From the NCBI GenBank assembly GCA_040904565.1, contig JBBDTI010000075.1, positions 106,941 to 170,940 of the forward strand: a DNA stretch of 64,000 nucleotides. The letters run 5' to 3'. The notes below the pieces were generated by a model. The model saw only the letters and a program-made list of their open reading frames with translations. It was not told the origin of the DNA and ran no database searches. The translations under genes and the position numbers were made by a program. The DNA comes from Rhodothermales bacterium (GTDB taxonomy: Bacteria; Bacteroidota; Rhodothermia; Rhodothermales; VXPQ01). Position 1 is the first letter of the stretch. Every line of letters starts with the position of its first letter. This document shows, piece after piece, positions 21,466 to 34,184 of this stretch.

Positions 21466-22089
21466 TCAGGAGGACGGTGACGAGCTCGATCGTCCGAAAT
21501 CGCGACTTACGATCGTTATGGGCTCCGGATACGCGATACGCCCGAGGGGCGTATCGATCGTCGGAACGGCCTGCAAGGTCACGTTTTGTGGGTCTCCCCC
21601 TCCCCCGGCAGCCGCCAGCGCAAGATCGATGAGGTCCCGCGCGTTGCGCTCGAAAAACGTGACGAGGTCCAGCTCGATTCGGACGGGAATATATCGGATG
21701 TCGCCCGGTAGGATAACCACGGGACCTTCAACGACGCCGCTGATTGTCTCCGTTTCCTCGAGGAGCAGGGTCCACTCTAACCGCTCCAGACGGGCTTGGA
21801 CGGGGTTCTCAGGCGGATTGCGCGCCGCTACGTGAAGCGTAAATTCGAGGGGCAGCTCGCCGGACGACGCGGCAGCAATCAACCGAACCGCTTCGCTCGC
21901 ACTCAGATCCTCGTAGCTTCGAAGGCGTTCCATGTCAATGTCCGCCAGCCGTGCGTCACTTACGCGATCGAGTCCGAACTCAACCGATTTCAAAGCCGCG
22001 AGCTCACGGAGCGCCTGGCAGCCGCTTAGAACGCCTGCGGCCGAAAGGCATAGAACGAGTCCGGCGAGTATAAGCGAATCTCGATGCAT
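21466..22089 (-). CDS. Lipoprotein, possibly LEA_2 / water-stress-like beta-sandwich
   Basis: 207-aa ORF with a signal peptide and lipobox LSGC. The family assignment is only a weak impression from the sequence. Confidence 0.55.
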   Translation of the reverse strand: MHRDSLILAGLVLCLSAAGVLSGCQALRELAALKSVEFGLDRVSDARLADIDMERLRSYEDLSASEAVRLIAAASSGELPLEFTLHVAARNPPENPVQARLERLEWTLLLEETETISGVVEGPVVILPGDIRYIPVRIELDLVTFFERNARDLIDLALAAAGGGGDPQNVTLQAVPTIDTPLGRIAYPEPITIVSRDFGRSSSSPSS

Positions 22090-22122
22090 TACGTATCTTA
22101 TCCTCCCGAGCCATTATTGTCC

Positions 22123-22713
22123 ATGCGCAAGCTCAGTCACGACGAAATACCCCGACGAGATCCCACAGCGACCGAGTCGTTACACAGACATCCCGTCTCC
22201 GTCGTCGTGAACGACGTGCGCTCGATCCATAATGTCGGCTCCCTCTTTCGTACATCGGACGCGGCATTCATTGAGAAGATATACGTGACCGGAATTTCCG
22301 GGACGCCGGACAATAAGGCGCTGCACAAGACGGCGCTCGGAGCACAGGATACGGTACCCTGGGCGTATCACGACCGGGCCGTGGACGTCGTGCGCACCTT
22401 GAAATCCGACGGATATACCATCGGCGTGCTCGAGATTACGGACCGGCCGACCTACACGTCGCAGATACGCGGGGCGGACTTCCCGCTGTGCATGGTCGTC
22501 GGCAACGAGCTGCACGGGGTGGACGACGACATCGTCGCCGAGGCCGACCTGGCCCTGGAAATTCCACAGTATGGTGCGAAGCAGTCGCTGAACGTATCCG
22601 TCGCGTACGGGATTGCCGTGTTCGACATCGTCCGCGCCTATCGGTCGTTCCACGGCCTGCCCCCATCTCCCGCCGGTGCGAACGCCGTTCAAGAACACCG
22701 TTTGCATGTCTGA
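22123..22713 (+). CDS. SpoU/TrmH-family RNA 2'-O-methyltransferase
   Basis: SPOUT motifs are present (NVGSLFRTSDAA, VVGNELHGV, IPQYGAKQSLNVSVAYGI). The start is taken at MRKLSH. The stop overlaps the mutA start (ATGTCTGA). Confidence 0.85.
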   Translation: MRKLSHDEIPRRDPTATESLHRHPVSVVVNDVRSIHNVGSLFRTSDAAFIEKIYVTGISGTPDNKALHKTALGAQDTVPWAYHDRAVDVVRTLKSDGYTIGVLEITDRPTYTSQIRGADFPLCMVVGNELHGVDDDIVAEADLALEIPQYGAKQSLNVSVAYGIAVFDIVRAYRSFHGLPPSPAGANAVQEHRLHV

Positions 22714-24669
22714 CCTCGAGGCACCTGATAGCTCGGACGATCGATCCGCTGCGCCCCGGCTGTTCGAGCATTTCCCCGCCGTATCGACGCGGCAGTGGGA
22801 GGCCCGAATCGAGGCCGATCTTGGAGAGCGTTCGTACGATGACGTGCTGACGTGGAATATCGAAGATGGCGTGCCCGTTCGCCCGTACTACCGCGCGGAG
22901 GATCTCGAGCGGCTGGCGCACATGAACGCGACGAACCGCCAGTCCGTCAGCTCGCGCTGGTCGATCAGGCAGGATATCCACCTCGGCCCGAACGAATCGA
23001 TGCGACGGCAGCTCCGTCACGCGCTCGACGGCGGCGTCGACGTGGTCGGACTCCGGCTCGTTCCGTTTTCCACCTCCATGCAGCATACAGCGCCCGGTAT
23101 CCATGCAGCATCCAGCAGAACGGGGCTGGATATAACCGACGTGGAATCGATGCTGGAGGGCGTCGATCTGGAGAACACGCGCATACACGTCGAAGCGGGC
23201 CTGGAGAGTCTGGCCATCGTCGAGGCGTTGGAGCGGGACGGCCGTAAGGACCGAAGCGTCTCCGCGGCGTTCGATCCCCTTTCCCACGCGATCCGAACGG
23301 GTCGTTATGCGGCCGGCTGGATGAATGACGCCGCGGCGGCGGTTCGGCGCCTGAGCGGCCGGCTCGTTTGCATCGCTGCCGACCCGTATCACGATGCCGG
23401 CGCCGATCTTATCGACGAAACGGCCCTGCTCCTCGCCGCGACTTCCGAGTACCTCATGCAGATGGGGCTGCGTGACGTCGATGTCGGCGACGCGCTCGCC
23501 GGAGTCTACTTTTCCGTGCCGGTCGGCGCGTCATATTTCCCGGCCATCGCCCGCCTCCGTGCGCTTCGCATCCTCCTCCCACAGGTATTCGGCGCCTACG
23601 ATGCCGACCCCGCCTCGGCCTCCGTAGTCATCCATGCGTCCACCTCGCGGCGGAACATGACGCTCTACGATCCCCACATGAATCTGCTCCGGGCCTCTAC
23701 GGAAGCCGCCGCCGCGGTCATCGGTGGATGCGACGTGTTGCTCGTCCACCCCTACGACGCACTTTCCGACGTCCCTTCCGATCGCGCCTACCGCCTCTCG
23801 CGGAACGTGCAGCACGTGCTGCGCCATGAGGCGCACCTGGACAAGGTCGACGATCCTTCGGGCGGAAGCTATTATGTGGAAGCCCTGACCGACCTTATTT
23901 CTCGACGGGCCTGGTCTCGCTTTCAATCCATCGAAGCACGCGGTGGATTCCTGAAGGCGACGAAGGACGGTTACGTCGGGGAGATCGTAGGCAAGGGAGC
24001 CCGGTACCGCCGGCAGGCCGTCTCGACCGGGAGGCGGCTCCTCGTCGGGACGAACCACTTCCCGAACCCCGACGAAGAACGGCTCGCGGATGTCGAGAAC
24101 GATACTCTTGCGTCGGGCCGCGGCGATCGAGCTTACGAACAAACGGATCTGCCGGAGCAACCCGGCACGTCCCGCGAGATCGATGACGAGGCGGAAACGC
24201 TCGGTCTGCCTCTCCCCCCGAGGCGAGATGCAGAGCCGTTCGAGCGAATCCGCCTTCGCACCGAGGCCTTTGCTAACCGATCCGGAGGACGCCCCACCGC
24301 GGCCGTGCTTCCCGTCGGCACGCCAGCCGAAAGCCGCCGTCACGCCGATTACGCATCGAACGTCCTCGCGGCAGCCGGCTTCGCCGTCGAACAGCATCCC
24401 CGCCTCGACCCGGACGCCGGCGGCGACTCCGCCCCAGCCAATCTAGATACAGACGTACTCGTCATCGCCGTCTCAACCGACGTCTCAACATCTAATGTGT
24501 TGCGTGATATAATCATATCTAACAAACACATCATCATAGGGTTAGCCCGTGAAATACGAAACGATTATAAATCCGGCGAACCTCCCGTAGATTTCAGGAT
24601 CTATGCGGGCGCGAACCTGATCGACGTACTCTCGGGGATACAGGATGCGCTGGGAATGGGGAGCGAGAC

Positions 24670-24673
<4 letters not shown>
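22706..24673 (+). CDS. mutA: Methylmalonyl-CoA mutase small (beta) subunit
   Basis: About 655 aa from the ATG at 22706. It is MCM-like but lacks the B12-binding DxHxxG, and lies immediately upstream of and overlapping mutB (ATGA at 24670). Confidence 0.8.
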
Positions 24674-26801
<2,128 letters not shown>

Positions 26802-26805
<4 letters not shown>

Positions 26806-27791
26806 GAGACCGCAACGTCGACGTGCTGCTCGAAGGTGTTCGGAGCGGCGACCGAGCCGCGCTCGGACGCGCCATTACGCTGATCGAGAGCACGCGGGAA
26901 GCGGATCGATCCACCGCCCAGGATCTCCTCGGCGCGCTCCTTCCACGCTCGGAAGGCGCATTACGCGTCGGTATTACGGGCGTACCCGGCGTCGGGAAAA
27001 GCACCTTCATCGAGGTGCTGGGGGGGCGCATCCTTGAGGACGATGAGCGGCGCGTTGCCGTTCTGGCCGTGGACCCCACCAGCACACGATCGGGCGGGAG
27101 TATCCTGGGCGACAAGACTCGGATGCGCCGGCTGGCGGGAGATCCGCGCGTTTTCATCCGCCCCTCCCCGAGCGGCCCGATTGCCGGCGGTGTCGCGCGT
27201 CGGACACGTGAGGCCCTGCTTGTCTGCGAGGCCGCCGGTTACGATACGATCTTCGTCGAAACGGTTGGCGTGGGCCAGGCTGAAACCGCCGTACACGGCA
27301 TGGTGGATTACTTCCTCCTCCTCGTCCTGGCCGGTGCGGGCGACGAGCTGCAGGGAATCAAGCGCGGTATCGTCGAAATGGCGGACGGTATCGCCGTCAC
27401 GAAGGCGGAGGGCGACAACCAGGCGGCGGCCGAAGCCGCGCGACGAGCATTTCAGAGCGCACTTCAGCTCTTCCCCCCCATGCCGTCCGGGTGGGAGCCG
27501 CCGGTCCACACCTGCTCCGCGATGACCGGGGCCGGCCTGGATGAGATCTGGGAAAGCATCCTGGAGTACGAGCGACAGACGCGGTCGTCCGGCTATTTCG
27601 AGGCACGACGACGACAGCAGGCCAGAAACTGGCTGCACGAGACGCTGGACGAGCGCCTGATCGCGGCGCTGCACGCAGACCCCGACGTCTCGGACGTACT
27701 GGCCGACTACGAGGCGCGTGTAATCAACGGAGAACTCACCGCGGCGGCGGCGGCCGACGCCATACTTGCCGCCTATCGCCGCCTACCCTAA
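26802..27791 (+). CDS. meaB: Methylmalonyl-CoA mutase-associated GTPase MeaB/ArgK
   Basis: 329-aa ORF with the P-loop [16 protein letters not shown] and a 4-nt overlap with the mutB stop. Confidence 0.9.
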
Positions 27792-29276
27792 CTCGTCCGC
27801 CGCCCTGCGCATGCGTCGGACGCACACCTCCCGGCCGATCACCTCCATCATGTGGAACAGGCTGGGTCCGAAGGATACGCCGCTCACGGCCAACCGCGTC
27901 GGATGGATGATGCGTCCCGCGCCCACCTCTCTTTCGTCTGCCAGCTCGCGAAGCACCGACTCGACGCCCTCCGCGTCGAACGCGTCCACCTCCTCGAGCC
28001 GATCCGCATAGGCGCGCACCAGACTCGCCGAATCGTCCTTCCAGCGCTTCCTGACGCCCTTTTCGTCATAGGTCTCGGGATCCTCGAAAAAGTATGCAGC
28101 GGATTCCGGCAGGTCTTTGACGAACGTGATACGCTCCTGCATCAACGATACAACCGCGCGCAGGTAGTCGTCGTCGACCCGAACATTCGCGGCCTCCACG
28201 TATGGACGTGCACGCTGGAGCAGCTCCTCTACGCTGAACGAGCGAATATATTGCTCGTTATACCACGTCAGCTTGTCCAGATTAAACTGTACGCCGCTCG
28301 ATCCTACCCGGTCGAACGAAAAAGCCTCGGCAAGTTCCTCCAGCGTGAACATCTCCTGCTCGGTACCCGGATTCCAGCCGAGGAAAGCTAGAAAATTGAT
28401 CAGCGCCTCCGGCTCGAATCCCGCTTCGCGATACTGCTCGACGGTGACGGGTATGCCCAGCTCCTCCGCGCTTCGCTTGGAGAGCTTTCCGCCGCTCGGA
28501 CTCATGATGAGCGGAAGATGGGCCATCTGGGGCCTCTCCCAACCGAGATACCGATACAACAGGATGTGCTTCGGCGTGGACGAAAGCCATTCCTCTCCCC
28601 GAATAACGTGCGTGATATCCATCAGATGATCGTCGACGACGTTCGCCAGATGATACGTCGGCATACCGTCAGACTTGACGAGCACCTGGTCGTCCACCGC
28701 CGACGCATCGAACGAAACGGACTCCCGGATGAGATCGGTGAACCGGATCGTTTCGGTAGACGGAACCTTCAGCCGGATGACGTACTCGTCGCCGTTCTCG
28801 ATCCGACGTCGCACCTCATCATCCGACAGCGTGAGGGAGTTGGACATCTCCATGCGCGTCACGGCGTCGTATTTCGGCGACGGATTGTGCGACGTGGCAA
28901 ACCGGTCTCGCATCGCCTCGAGGTCGTTGACCGTGTCGAACGCGAAATAGGCGTGCCCGCTGTCGACCAGGTGATCGGCGTACTTGGCATATACGTCCTT
29001 GCGCCGCGACTGATAATACGGGGCATGCGGACCGCCCACGCCGGGGCCCTCGTCGTACTCCAGTCCCGACCACTCCAGAGAGGATCGAATATCCGATTCC
29101 GCTTCGTCGATGAACCGTTCCCTGTCGGTGTCTTCGATGCGCAGCACGAATGTCCCCCCATGCTTGCGCGCGAAGAGGAAGTTGTACAGCGCGGTTCGAA
29201 GTCCGCCGATGTGCAACAATCCGGTCGGACTCGGTGCGAAGCGGACGCGGACGTCCTTCGAAAGCGGATCAGTCAT
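27783..29276 (-). CDS. gltX: Glutamate--tRNA ligase
   Basis: The HIGH region is [15 protein letters not shown] and the KMSKS-like motif is KLSKRS. The ATG at 29276 ([13 protein letters not shown]) is preferred. The 3' end overlaps the convergent meaB by 9 nt. Confidence 0.95.
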   Translation of the reverse strand: MTDPLSKDVRVRFAPSPTGLLHIGGLRTALYNFLFARKHGGTFVLRIEDTDRERFIDEAESDIRSSLEWSGLEYDEGPGVGGPHAPYYQSRRKDVYAKYADHLVDSGHAYFAFDTVNDLEAMRDRFATSHNPSPKYDAVTRMEMSNSLTLSDDEVRRRIENGDEYVIRLKVPSTETIRFTDLIRESVSFDASAVDDQVLVKSDGMPTYHLANVVDDHLMDITHVIRGEEWLSSTPKHILLYRYLGWERPQMAHLPLIMSPSGGKLSKRSAEELGIPVTVEQYREAGFEPEALINFLAFLGWNPGTEQEMFTLEELAEAFSFDRVGSSGVQFNLDKLTWYNEQYIRSFSVEELLQRARPYVEAANVRVDDDYLRAVVSLMQERITFVKDLPESAAYFFEDPETYDEKGVRKRWKDDSASLVRAYADRLEEVDAFDAEGVESVLRELADEREVGAGRIIHPTRLAVSGVSFGPSLFHMMEVIGREVCVRRMRRAADELG

Positions 29277-29625
29277 GTCGAGGCGTGCGTTGCTACTGAG
29301 GGCAATGTGGGTGATGGCCATGTTGGTGACGTACGTCCAACGGGTTTCGCCCGGTTGGGGCATGACGTCAAGGTAACGAGGCGGCAGCTCCGTAGAGGGT
29401 CGACGACGGATAAAATTTATTGAACTCCGTCGTCGGAACGAACGATGGGTACCCTACGAATCAGGAATATTCAATCCCCTGATGCGTCCCCGTTCCAGAA
29501 CTTCGAGGCAGGCGACTCGTTCGGTCGGAAGATGAGACGGGACGGAACAGCCGAACCGGGCGCGCGTCAAGCTGCAACAGCATCCATTTTCTAACGGCAT
29601 CTCGAAACGAATCCACCAGCGATAC

Positions 29626-31707
29626 ATGATCAGCGCGTCAATACGTAGCAGTCGAACCGACAGCGTCCTGGTCATTTGCACCCTCCTCGCAGCAAGCCTC
29701 GCAGGTGGATGCGGTACGTCGGCCGGCACGTCGTCCGGGCCGTCAGAGGATGCGAGGGACGTCGTGGCGCGGTATGCGGATGAGATCCTGACGCTTCGGG
29801 AATTCGAGCGGCAGTATTCTCGGTCGACGACAAACATCGACGCGGCTACGGAGGACTCCCAGTCTGCGTACCGCGACTTTCTTGAGCGATATGTCAATTT
29901 TCGCCTGAAGGTAAGAGCCGCTGAAGACGCCGGCATCCCCGCGCAGCCCGATGTTCGCGAGGAGATTGCTTCGTACCGTTCGCGACTTTCCCGGCCGTTC
30001 CTGATGGACAAGGAGGTCATCGAGCCCATTACGAGAGAGCTCTACGATCGGCAGCAGCATCTGGTAGACGTCAGCCACATTCTGCGCCGCATACCGCCGG
30101 GCGCCTCGCCGGCGGATACATTGGCCGCATATCGGGAGATGCAGGCGATCCGTGATTCTGCACTTCAGGGAATAGACTTTGGAGAGCTGGCCATACGCCA
30201 TTCCGACGACCCATCGGCCGGCGGGCGGGTCGGCATGCGGGGGTACGCGGGTCGCCTCGGTCATTTCACCGGTGGGAATCTCGTCGAACCATTCGAAACA
30301 TTCGCCTATGAGACGCCCCTCGGAGAGATCTCGCCTGTTTTCCGTACGCAGTTCGGATATCATACGCTGCTGGTTCACGAGCGACGGCCCGCCGTTCCGG
30401 GGATTCACGTTGCCCACATCATGCTTCGGCCAGGTGAAACGTCGGCCGACTCAGCCCAGGCGCTGGAGCTACTTCGCGACATCAGGACGCAGCTCGCCGA
30501 CGGGGCCGACTTTGCCGAACTGGCGCGGCAGCACTCGCAGGACGAACAGTCTAGACCGCGCGGCGGAGATCTGGGCACGCTGGAATACACGTCGCAGGTA
30601 CCGGAATCCTTCCGGGACGCCGCGTTCGCACTGGAAAACGTCGGCGACATCTCCGACGTCGTCGAAACACCTTTTGGTTTCCACGTCATCAAGCTTACGG
30701 GTCGCGAGGAGCTTCCGAGTTACGACGAAGCCTTTGAAGAGCTAAAGGCGCTGGCAGACCGGCTTCCTCGCACCTCAGAAGCTGAACGGGCACTGGCGCG
30801 GCGGATCGTTCGCGAACGCGATGGCCAGGTAGATACGTCTCGCGTCGTCGAGGCGTTTACGGGCATGGAGCCGGACTCCATCGTCGCCCGATGGCCCAAC
30901 TCCACAAGCCCCAACTCCATCCTGCCCGATAGCATCCTGGCCGATGCGTTCTTCACGCTCGCCGACACCGCGTTCACCATTCGGGATCTCGTCGAGTTCG
31001 CCGATCCTTCTTCCCTGAGCAACGCCCCGAACGTGGACGCATGGACACGGAATCTGGTATCCGATTTCGTGACACGGCGGGCCGTCGACGTGGAAGCCGA
31101 ACACCTTGCCGATCGCGACGAGGCATTCCGTCGGCTCATGCGGGAGTTTCGCGACGGCCTGGTCCTTTTTGAGTTCATGGAAGACTCGGTATGGGCGGTC
31201 GCTCAGGAAGATTCTGCCGGACTCCGGGCGTATTACCATCAACGCAGAGACGCCTATCGATGGCCGGAACGCACGCGCGTCGTTACGGCACACAGCGTGT
31301 CCGATAGCGTGCTTCTAGAGGTAGTCCGGCGGCTGGATGAGGACGCTTCTCCGACCGATCTGTCCTCTAGATTTACGGAGGATTCGGTGCACGCCGTTCG
31401 ATGGGATACGACGATGATTTCTGATTCGACGTACGCCCTCTACGATCGCGCGCTGAGCCTGGATGCGGGCGAACACTCCGGCGTCGTGCCGTATCGCAAC
31501 GCGCACGCCGTCGTCATCAACGACGGCGTCGAGCCGCCGCGGTCCAAGACCTTCGCCGAAGCACGATCTACGGTCGTGAATGAATACCAGCAGGTCGTGG
31601 AGGATCGGCTGATGACCCGGCTACGGCGCATGTACGACGTGCAGTTGTATCCGGATCGGCTCGATCGAGCCTTCGGACCTGACGCTGAACCTGCTGGATC
31701 CAATTAA
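29626..31707 (+). CDS. Lipoprotein peptidyl-prolyl isomerase with two parvulin (PpiC) domains
   Basis: 693-aa ORF with the lipobox LAGGC. Two parvulin signatures are present (VSHIL...FGYHTLLV and VAHIM...GGDLG...FGFHVIKL). Confidence 0.85.
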   Translation: MISASIRSSRTDSVLVICTLLAASLAGGCGTSAGTSSGPSEDARDVVARYADEILTLREFERQYSRSTTNIDAATEDSQSAYRDFLERYVNFRLKVRAAEDAGIPAQPDVREEIASYRSRLSRPFLMDKEVIEPITRELYDRQQHLVDVSHILRRIPPGASPADTLAAYREMQAIRDSALQGIDFGELAIRHSDDPSAGGRVGMRGYAGRLGHFTGGNLVEPFETFAYETPLGEISPVFRTQFGYHTLLVHERRPAVPGIHVAHIMLRPGETSADSAQALELLRDIRTQLADGADFAELARQHSQDEQSRPRGGDLGTLEYTSQVPESFRDAAFALENVGDISDVVETPFGFHVIKLTGREELPSYDEAFEELKALADRLPRTSEAERALARRIVRERDGQVDTSRVVEAFTGMEPDSIVARWPNSTSPNSILPDSILADAFFTLADTAFTIRDLVEFADPSSLSNAPNVDAWTRNLVSDFVTRRAVDVEAEHLADRDEAFRRLMREFRDGLVLFEFMEDSVWAVAQEDSAGLRAYYHQRRDAYRWPERTRVVTAHSVSDSVLLEVVRRLDEDASPTDLSSRFTEDSVHAVRWDTTMISDSTYALYDRALSLDAGEHSGVVPYRNAHAVVINDGVEPPRSKTFAEARSTVVNEYQQVVEDRLMTRLRRMYDVQLYPDRLDRAFGPDAEPAGSN

Positions 31708-31708
31708 C

Positions 31709-32584
31709 GTGGAGATGAGACGACGCACCGACGTTTGGCCATGCAGCAGCACGCTCGTAGTGGCCGTGCTGCTGATCCTGACGGCCTGCACGGAGCAGGC
31801 GGCACCGCCCGATTATGCGGCCAGGGTGGGTGACAGGTATCTCCTGGAAGAGGAGGTCGACCAGGCATTGAGAGGCATCTCGACCTACCAGGATTCGGCG
31901 GATTCTCGGCGCCAGTTCGTGGACCAGTGGGTTTCGAACGAAGTCCTGCATCAGGAGGCGCTGCGTCGTGGTCTTGACCGAGACGAGGAGATCGTCCGAG
32001 CTTTGAGACAGAGCGAGCGATCCATTCTCGCCAATGCACTCGTCGAAGAGCTGTATGAGGAACATCAGGTGTACCCGTCTCCGTCGGAGATACAAACGTA
32101 CTACGAACGCCACCGGGAGCAGCTCCGGCTGCGGGAAAACTTCGTGCGCGTACGCTACCTGCGCACGGATTCACGGGATGCGGCCGAAGACATTCGACAA
32201 CTGCTCCAGCAAGCCGACCTCGCCGATCGGGATTCCGCCTTCACCGCAGCCATCGGACGACTGGCGTCCGTGGATCCTGTCTCACACGAGCTCTTCTCCA
32301 ACTATCATCCAGAATCCCGCATTTTTGGCTCGCATCCAGAACTGCGCGAGGCGCTGCTTCTGCTTTCCGACGAACAGACCGCGCCGATCGTCGAATACGA
32401 TTCGTCCTATCACGTCATACAGCTTGCACGGAGAGTGCCGGAGGGCACGCTTCCCGAGCCGGAGTGGATCGAAGACGAGCTCGTCCGCCGGATCATCGTG
32501 CAGGACCGGAAACAGTTGTATGCACGTCAGGTTCAACGCCTCAGGAACGAGGCCATGGCGCGAGAGGATCTCGAGCTGAAATAA
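31709..32584 (+). CDS. SurA_N / parvulin-like lipoprotein chaperone (degenerate PPIase)
   Basis: 291-aa ORF with the lipobox LILTAC. The N-terminal helical region is SurA-like (ARVGDRYLLEEEVDQAL) and the C-terminal part carries a remnant SSYHVIQL. It starts 1 nt after the upstream gene's stop codon. Confidence 0.7.
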   Translation: MEMRRRTDVWPCSSTLVVAVLLILTACTEQAAPPDYAARVGDRYLLEEEVDQALRGISTYQDSADSRRQFVDQWVSNEVLHQEALRRGLDRDEEIVRALRQSERSILANALVEELYEEHQVYPSPSEIQTYYERHREQLRLRENFVRVRYLRTDSRDAAEDIRQLLQQADLADRDSAFTAAIGRLASVDPVSHELFSNYHPESRIFGSHPELREALLLLSDEQTAPIVEYDSSYHVIQLARRVPEGTLPEPEWIEDELVRRIIVQDRKQLYARQVQRLRNEAMAREDLELK

Positions 32585-32751
32585 GCTCGGCCTTCGCCGC
32601 AGATGCGTGCTCCGTTCGACGTGGACTACTCGATGCGGAATGCGCGGCTCGTCAAATCTGCAACGTCCCCTTTTCCGCGCAGTCTCGCGCTCCATCCGCG
32701 GTCGCTCTACTACTTCGCTCTACTACTTCTCGTAAAGGAGTTCAAGAAGAA

Positions 32752-34119
32752 ATGTCGTTTCGAGTCATTGATACGCTCTTCGCCACGACGCTGGCCGTCC
32801 TGGTGGCAATAGTGCCGCAATGCGTGACGGCCCAGCAGGGTGAGGTCCTCGACGAAATCGTCGCGGTCGTCGGCGACAAGATCATCTTGAAGTCGGAAGT
32901 AGATGCTACCGTCGCCAATCTGCTGCAGCAGCAGCCGCAGATCGGCAATTCGGACCGCGTATGGTCGGACGCCCTCAATCAGATCATCAGCCAGCAGCTT
33001 CTCGCCGTGGCGGCACGGCGGGACACGAATATTACCGTGCAGGAGGAACAGGTCGATCAATCGCTCGACCAGCGCATCAACCAGATGGTGAGCCAGCTGG
33101 GCAGTGAAGCGCGACTCGAAGAGCTCTACGGCCGGAGCATCGTGCGCATCAAGGCGGACCTCCGGGACGACTTTCGCGATCAGCTGCTGGCCGATCAGCT
33201 TCGTCAGTCCAAGATTCAGAATATTCGGATCACGCCTACCGAGGTGAAAGAGTGGATCGAGCAGTTCCCTGCCGATTCGCTTCCGACGATTCCGACGGTG
33301 GTGCGGGTGAATCATATCGTTCGTTTCCCGGAAGTCACCGCTGCGGTCAAGGCCGAAGCACGGGAGATCATTTCGACGATTCGTGATTCCATCATCGTCG
33401 GGGGGGCGTCGTTCGAAGAGATGGCCCGCCAGTTCTCCGACGATCAGGCATCGGTGCCGTCCGGTGGACGCATGGAAGACATGAACCTTGGCGATCTTGT
33501 GCCCGAGTTTGCAGCCGTCGCCGCGCGTCTTCCCATCGGTGAGGTCTCACAGGTCTTCGAAACGCAGTTCGGGTTCCACATCATGCGCGTCAACGAACGT
33601 CGTGGGGAGACGGTCGACTTCAACCATATTCTCGTGCAGGTGGACGACAGCCGCGTCGATCCGGCTCCGACGATCGAGTTTCTCTCTCAGGTTCGGGATT
33701 CCATCGTGACCCACGGAGCTCCCTTCGAACTCATGGCAAAGCGTCACTCTCAGGACGAGGCATCGGCCCGGCTAGGCGGTCGCGTCCTCGACCCACGAAG
33801 CGGTGAGCGGGACCTGATTCTTTCGAACCTCGGTGAGCTGTGGCGGGCCACGCTCGATACGATGGAGGTCGGGGAGGTCAGCAAGCCCGGTCGGGTCCAG
33901 CTCCAGTCTGAAAATCGCCAGGCCTACCATATCGTCAAACTCATCCGCCGGCAGGAGGAACATCGAATGAGTCTGGAAACCGACTACGAACGGATCGAGG
34001 AATTCGCGCTTCAAGAGAAGCGGGCCCGATGGATGCAAAACTGGATCGACGGCTTGCGCGACGAAATTTACGTCGACCTGCGTGGCAAGGCCGAACGACT
34101 CGAGATCGCATCGCGCTGA
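32752..34119 (+). CDS. surA: SurA-type periplasmic chaperone / PPIase (two parvulin domains)
   Basis: The ATG at 32752 follows AAAGGAG. A signal peptide is followed by IVAVVGDKIILKSEVD (SurA N-domain). The parvulin motifs are VNHIV...GGRMED...FGFHIMRV and FNHILV...GGRV...YHIVKL. The ORF-track start at 32464 overlaps the upstream gene and is rejected. Confidence 0.88.
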   Translation: MSFRVIDTLFATTLAVLVAIVPQCVTAQQGEVLDEIVAVVGDKIILKSEVDATVANLLQQQPQIGNSDRVWSDALNQIISQQLLAVAARRDTNITVQEEQVDQSLDQRINQMVSQLGSEARLEELYGRSIVRIKADLRDDFRDQLLADQLRQSKIQNIRITPTEVKEWIEQFPADSLPTIPTVVRVNHIVRFPEVTAAVKAEAREIISTIRDSIIVGGASFEEMARQFSDDQASVPSGGRMEDMNLGDLVPEFAAVAARLPIGEVSQVFETQFGFHIMRVNERRGETVDFNHILVQVDDSRVDPAPTIEFLSQVRDSIVTHGAPFELMAKRHSQDEASARLGGRVLDPRSGERDLILSNLGELWRATLDTMEVGEVSKPGRVQLQSENRQAYHIVKLIRRQEEHRMSLETDYERIEEFALQEKRARWMQNWIDGLRDEIYVDLRGKAERLEIASR

Positions 34120-34184
34120 GTACTCGCCCGGACTACGCCACCGCTCTGCTTCCCACGTAACTATCTAATTCGCTCGGTCCTTCG

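Noticed and set aside
22436-23392. 318-aa minus-strand ORF antisense to mutA
   Set aside because: It is Arg-rich with no motifs, whereas the mutA frame is homologous to the methylmalonyl-CoA mutase beta subunit and is coupled to mutB.
32464-32751. 96-codon upstream extension of the surA ORF
   Set aside because: It overlaps the preceding gene by 121 nt and is Arg/Ala-rich. The ATG at 32752 has a strong AAAGGAG and is followed by a signal peptide.
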